Source: the human T2T-CHM13v2.0 reference genome, Homo sapiens. From it: a stretch of 64,000 nt of DNA. The position numbers and the translations under genes are program-made. Under the pieces are notes generated by a model, which saw only the letters and a list, made by a program, of their open reading frames with translations, searched no databases and had not been told where the DNA came from. The stretch lies in NCBI RefSeq assembly GCF_009914755.1, contig NC_060940.1. One strand, 5' to 3'. This document shows positions 1 to 64,000 of this stretch, piece by piece (within the stretch, counting starts at the first letter, position 1; each line of letters begins with the position of its first letter).

Positions 1-625
1 GGCAGATACATAACTGGTGTGAAAAAAGAAAGGAAAAAAATCAGAAAGCAGATCCATGTGTACAAGAAGTCCTTTTGTGTTAAAAAAAAAAAAAAAGGAG
101 AATAGAATCAATATTTGCATTTGCTTATATGTCCATAAACTCTGGATGGATGTATACAAAACTAAGAAGAGTGGATACCTGTGGGCAGGGAGGCAGGGCG
201 GGTGGGAAGGATGAATGAGAGCCGATTTACTGCATGTTATATTTTCTCGGGTTTTAAACTGAGTGAATATATCACGTGTTCAAATATTATTTTTCTGGTA
301 CATGAAACATCAGAGATCAATGTACCACTTGGGGAGTTATACTGCATAGTGAGGGCTGATGACAGTTTAATTAAAGCAATAATCATGGCATTGGACATTG
401 ATTTGATGCAGGAGACTTCAGAGAATGAAACCCAGGTCTCATCCATAGGCCAGCCCTCCTTTGAGCGGAGAGCTAAGGACCAAGGCAGTGATGAGAGCAA
501 TGCACATGTACTGCCCCATTAAGAGAGAGACCCCCTTCTCCTCCTTAGCACATCTCAGGTAGGAGAGACCTTGAGAAACAGGACTGATCCGGGCTAACAT
601 CATGGGCTTTAAATTTAACAGACCT

Positions 626-3526
<2,901 letters not shown>

Positions 3527-3671
3527 TCAAAATGTGCTGTGAAATCTAAATTATTGGGGCTGTGGTATGGGGTTTGCAGCAAGTCTTAACCTCACTACAC
3601 TCTTCTCATTAAGGGTTCTTTGATGATTTAGTGAGGACTCATTTAGTTGTTTATGTGGAAAAAATTGTTTA

Positions 3672-3908
<237 letters not shown>

Positions 3909-4557
3909 TCAAGACCAGCCTCCTCAATATAGCAATATAGCAAGACCCCATCTCTAAATAAAAATTTTAAAAATTAGCTTGACATGGTTGTTCATGCCTG
4001 TTGTCTCAGCTACTTGAAAGACTGAGGCAGGAGGATCATTTGAGCCCAGGACTTTGGGGCTACAGTGAGCTGTGATCACATCATTGCATTTCAGCCTGGG
4101 CAACAGAGTGAGACCCCATCTCTTAAAAAAAAAAGGCATTTTAAAAAATTTACATGATGGGGAGTCCAGAGGTGGCTAATGGCAATGGAAGCAACTAATA
4201 TTTATGAAGCAGTTACTATGTGTCATATTCTAAGTATTCTAAGTACTTTCACTTCTCTAATTGTCAAAACTGGGCTGGTACTATGCTCATTTCATAGATG
4301 AGGAATCAGAGGCCAAGAGAGGTGAAGTTGCTTGCCCAAGGTCAGATAGGCGGGAAGTGGGGAGGTAGTATTTGAACCCAGACTGCCTGTCTCTGATACT
4401 ACATCATCACACATTGCCTTTCTCTCCATTTCCTGGTTTTCTTTCCTCTGTGATGACTTAGTTTCAAAGAGGCCTTCCCATATCATGGCAGAGATGCAGC
4501 CAGCAGCTCTACACTACCTTCACAGTTAGGAATTGCGAAGGAGGCACCAGGAGTTAG

Positions 4558-4894
<337 letters not shown>

Positions 4895-5197
4895 TAAGGA
4901 AGAAGTTCCATGGAGAGCTGTGGTTGGATTGCCTTGGGGACATGCTTTTCCTTCATGGATCATAGTAGCCAGAGAGGTGAAATAATTCTGTGGAGGACTC
5001 TAATTGGCAAGGCGTAACCCCTGGATAAAAGAGTAAGGAGGGAATGGGGTGGGTGTCTAAACTACCTGAATTAGACCACAGGGACTGAGCATAGGAAAGA
5101 GATGTTTCTTCAAACAGAAGCTTGGCAAACCAAGATCCTAAGTCTCCTACAACTACCAAGAGGCTACACACCCCGTTTGCCTTAAGAGAAAGCCTTC

Positions 5198-5565
5198 TAA
5201 TACAGTCTGTTCTCACACTGCTGATAAAGACATACTGAGACTGAGTAATTTATAAAGAGGTTGAATGGACTCACAGTTCCACATGGCTGGGGAGGCCTCA
5301 CAATCATGGCAGAAGGCAAAGAGGAGCAAGTCACGTCTTACATGGATGGCAGCAGGCAAAGAGAGAATGAGAGCCAAGTGAAAGGGGTTTCCCCTTATAA
5401 AACCATCAGATCTCATGAGACATATTCACTACCATGAGAACAGTATGGAGGAAACTGCCCCCATGATTCAGTTATCTCCCACTGACTCCCTCCCACAACA
5501 TGTGGGAATTATGGGAGCTACAATTCAAGATGAGATTTGGGTGGGGACACAACCAAACTATATCA
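5198..5565 (-). mobile_element. THE1-family (MaLR) solo LTR
   Basis: Reverse complement begins TGATATAGTTTGGTTGTGTCCCCACCCAAATCTCATCTTGAATTGTAGCTCCCATAAT, the THE1 5' end; about 370 nt. Confidence 0.88.
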
Positions 5566-5601
5566 GCATTCCCAGTTTCCAACCCCCTTGATCTTTTCCA
5601 G

Positions 5602-19162
<13,561 letters not shown>

Positions 19163-19232
19163 TGTGGGGTGAACCCAGGGGTCCAAACTCTGTTTCTCTT
19201 CAGTGCTCCATTTTTTTAATGAAAGAAAAAAT

Positions 19233-19238
19233 AATAAA
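19233..19238 (+). terminator. SLC5A11 polyadenylation signal AATAAA
   Basis: AATAAA 70 nt after the stop codon, followed by T/GT-rich sequence. Confidence 0.8.
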
Positions 19239-19274
19239 GCTTTTGTTTACCACAAGGCTTCCAAGTGTTTATAG

Positions 19275-26296
<7,022 letters not shown>

Positions 26297-27034
26297 GGAA
26301 ACTGTGGTTCCCCTTTTTAAATCAGGCTTAAGTCAGTTCGTAGTGGAAAGAGGCCCAGTGTCTTCTAGGCAGTGACTTAGACACTGACACACCTAGCAAA
26401 CTCGATCAATAGAAGGCTCAGGGCAGCCAACTCTGGCAGCGTGTCCCACTCTGTTCCCAAGAGAAAACGGCCTTATCTGGGCCAAGGGGTCGTGCTATCG
26501 TCAGACCAGCTGTCCAGAGCCTCAGTCTCGCTTTGCTCCAATTCCCCATCGGCTCTTCCCTAGTATTTCAATCCTGGGAGAGACGGGATAATTTTCACGC
26601 CTTGGATAGGGCATGAAAGCACCAGCCATTGGAAAAAGGGCTCTCTATGGCAATTCACAACTGCTGACGAATGCACCAACCCGGTGGGGCTGAACTCCTG
26701 TGAGCTGCCCCCGGGAGTCTGAGTATCTCTAGATGGAAAGAAAGGGATGCCAGCACTGGGAGGACCAAGGGTGCAGCCTTGACCAGAACCTGCACTGAGG
26801 ATGGCCAGGCTAGGAGGTCTTTGGGGCACCTGGCGGCCTTTTTCACTGTTGCGACCTTGCTCTCTGTTTCTTCAAACTCCTACAGCTACAATTAGACCCT
26901 CTCCCCCAAGATGTCCCAGCCACAATTCTATCTGGTTGAGTGGCAACACACACACACTCATGCACACACACACACACACACTCCACAATTTACCTCCAAG
27001 AATTATGAAGTTTTCATATAAACCACAGAATATA

Positions 27035-27040
27035 TTTAAT
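27035..27040 (-). terminator. ARHGAP17 distal poly(A) signal ATTAAA
   Basis: tttaat on +, about 710 nt after the stop; a (GT)n tract lies downstream on - (26947-26980) as a possible downstream element. Confidence 0.7.
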
Positions 27041-27361
27041 TCAAATTAAACATGAAACTAGAATAATGTTCGGTCCTTATCAAGTAGCAATTACATTGTT
27101 TAAAAAAAAAAAAAAGAACAGTACATTTCTGTCTACATTCCGACAATCCAACGAGGCGGCATGGGTCACATCCAGTTTGATGAGGTGACAGAGCCAGCAG
27201 TCACCATCCATGGGCATGGTTCTGAGGGGACTGGGGAGACACAGACCATACATGATACAAAATGATTCTGCAGCAAGTCTGAAGGAGCGCAGCCTCCCTC
27301 CTAATACATAAGAATGAACGTCCAGGTAGCAGAGAGTAGGCGACTTGCATAATGAGCGCAT

Positions 27362-27367
27362 TTTATT
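27362..27367 (-). terminator. ARHGAP17 proximal poly(A) signal AATAAA (candidate)
   Basis: tttatt on +, inside the 3' UTR. Confidence 0.5.
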
Positions 27368-27751
27368 AAATAGATAGTTAACGCACTGCTTCTTACTCAT
27401 TCCAAGTTGCTGTAGGTGCTGCCCGCATTAACAGCAGGGACAAAAGCTTCCTATGCGCGTTTCAGCAGGAATACTCTCTCCACTCCAGGTACTTCTTTGT
27501 TTTGGATTTTTTTGGCATGATTTCCTTCCCATGTAAAGAAAGCCAACTTCTTCAAGACACAGGTCATTCAGCTTTAGTGGTGGCCTCCAGGTTCTCCTTG
27601 GGCCGTGCAGAAGGCCAGGTCCCGCACAGTGAGGCCCTCCTTTGTCCTCCACTGAAAGCTTTTCACTGTTCGGTCTGCAAAGAAAGAGGTTCGCCTGCCC
27701 CTGCTCCACTCGCCAGGGTGGAAGTGGTGGAGGGCTGGGAAAGGGCTTTCT

Positions 27752-62352
<34,601 letters not shown>

Positions 62353-64000
62353 CTAGAGCAGCAAATTGTTCAGTTAGACACCCAACAAACTCACGGCATT
62401 ACCAAGCTATTTTCTCCCCAACTACCCAATGGGCTTTTCTAGCCGACTGGTAGGTGAGGCTGTGCAAGAGGGGATACATCTGTTCTATTTGCTTTTGTTA
62501 TTTGCCATCTACTGGAGCAGCAAACTATGGACCAGGCTGGGGCGGTTACTTGTGGAACAGAAGCCTGAGCGTACCTAGATGGCACCAACTCAGGCTGCCC
62601 AGAAGCTGCAGTGGCACGCTGCACCTGCACCACACTTCATCAACACACGCCAGCGGGTTTAGTGGGCTGCCTTGAACCAAAAGGAAGATTTGCCAGAGCA
62701 TACCGTTTCGTTGAAAAGAAATTTATTCTAGCCATGCAAAGCCTTCTAGCTAGAGGACAAGAAATAGATTCTTTGCTATGCAAAAATGGAAATGATCTCT
62801 GAAAATTTCAAACACAAGTTAAGTATCTGTCATACAAGACTGGAGATGGCCAACGTGAACTCTCCACGTTGCAGTTACTCTCCATCAGATGCGACATCTC
62901 CGCGGCATGCAGTGCTTCAGAACACCGCATCCCCAAACAGCTCCGAAAAATTCTGAGTGGAAAGAAATGCAGCATCTGCAGCCCTAAAGCAGCTGAAGGC
63001 TATGCTGATGGCAGGAAAGCCATATTTTAGATTATCTTCAGGTTATGAGGCAGCTTAGCACAAATACAATGAAGCAGTAAAATAGAAAGAAGAATTTAGA
63101 GAACGGACATATGAATTAGAATAAGAAGTATCTGGTTGAATTTGGCCTGCCTGTGCAAGCTGCAGAGATCTAGTGCTATCTGAGCAGCTCGCAGAAGCAA
63201 AGGAGGGCAAACCAGTTGTGAAAACTGCTCCAGGGAGAAACACTTAAATCTTTCCAACAACAGGAAGGGTTCATGTCCTTCTCTGCACCTTTACTGGCCA
63301 TTGGTCCCTTAGCAGCTCTGCTGTTAGAAAGCTGGGTTGGAAGAAGGCAGTATGTACTCTGGTGTGTCCTCTTACACTCTCTCCCATGTCACAGCAGGGG
63401 TAGATTTGCACATGGGGAAGGAAGAAAAATAAAATCCCACAAATCCATAGAACCGAGAGCTTGTGGAAAGGTAAAAATGGATGGAAAGAGCAAGAGGTAA
63501 AGACTGAAGAAAGGGGTGAGGGAAAGGAAGGTGGGGGACAAAAATGAGGTGCAGGCCACCAGCCACTCTCAGAATTGTGGGGAGCCCTCCTCGTCTCTGG
63601 CCCGGCCCCAGCTGGGGAATTTCCAATAGAAAACGCATCTGGGGGTCTGGACCTTCCCAGAGGTCAAATCTTACCTGAAATACTTTGTCCCTTTTATCTA
63701 AAGCAATAAGTTACAACACAGGCTGAAAATGGCCACATGAGCCTTCCACTAGGGGATGCCCTGGAATCACCCAGGGGGGTTCTGCAAATGACACCCGCCA
63801 TTGCCTTCACCACAAGCCCAACCCTGTAATGCTAAGGGGTGGGCATGCTTCAAACCTCTGCTGGAACTTTCTAGTAAACACTGGACAGAGTGTACCCCAC
63901 CCCCAAGCCTGGTATAATGTTGACAGAGGGTGCAAGTGAGAACCACTGACCTAGAAGCAAGTCATAAGGCAAATTCCACCTCAGGCACTGGCCTCTCAAA

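Overview
Human (primate) genomic DNA, very Alu-dense, with no prokaryotic features. It holds the 3' ends of two convergent genes. On + are the last seven coding exons of SLC5A11 (SMIT2, sodium/myo-inositol cotransporter; 5602-19162, poly(A) signal at 19233). On - are the last eleven coding exons of ARHGAP17 (RICH1/Nadrin; 62352-27752), covering the RhoGAP domain, the proline-rich tail and the C-terminal STAL PDZ ligand. About 7.8 kb separates the two 3' ends. All exon boundaries were read by hand and are GT-AG and phase-consistent. Gene names come from recall of the proteins, not a database search. The most notable features not explained by the main gene models: (1) a 49-nt cassette exon at 35306-35354 (-) that would swap the ARHGAP17 C-terminus to ...KIVTDV*, should escape NMD, and is followed by QKI/RBFOX motifs; (2) an old triplicated unit (direct plus inverted) at 30771-33068 with a fold-back centre, a templated insertion and internal hairpins; (3) a near-perfect 33-bp-arm hairpin at 56374-56448, plus two short dispersed duplications with one copy in the same intron; (4) a candidate 23-nt poison micro-exon at 63675-63697.
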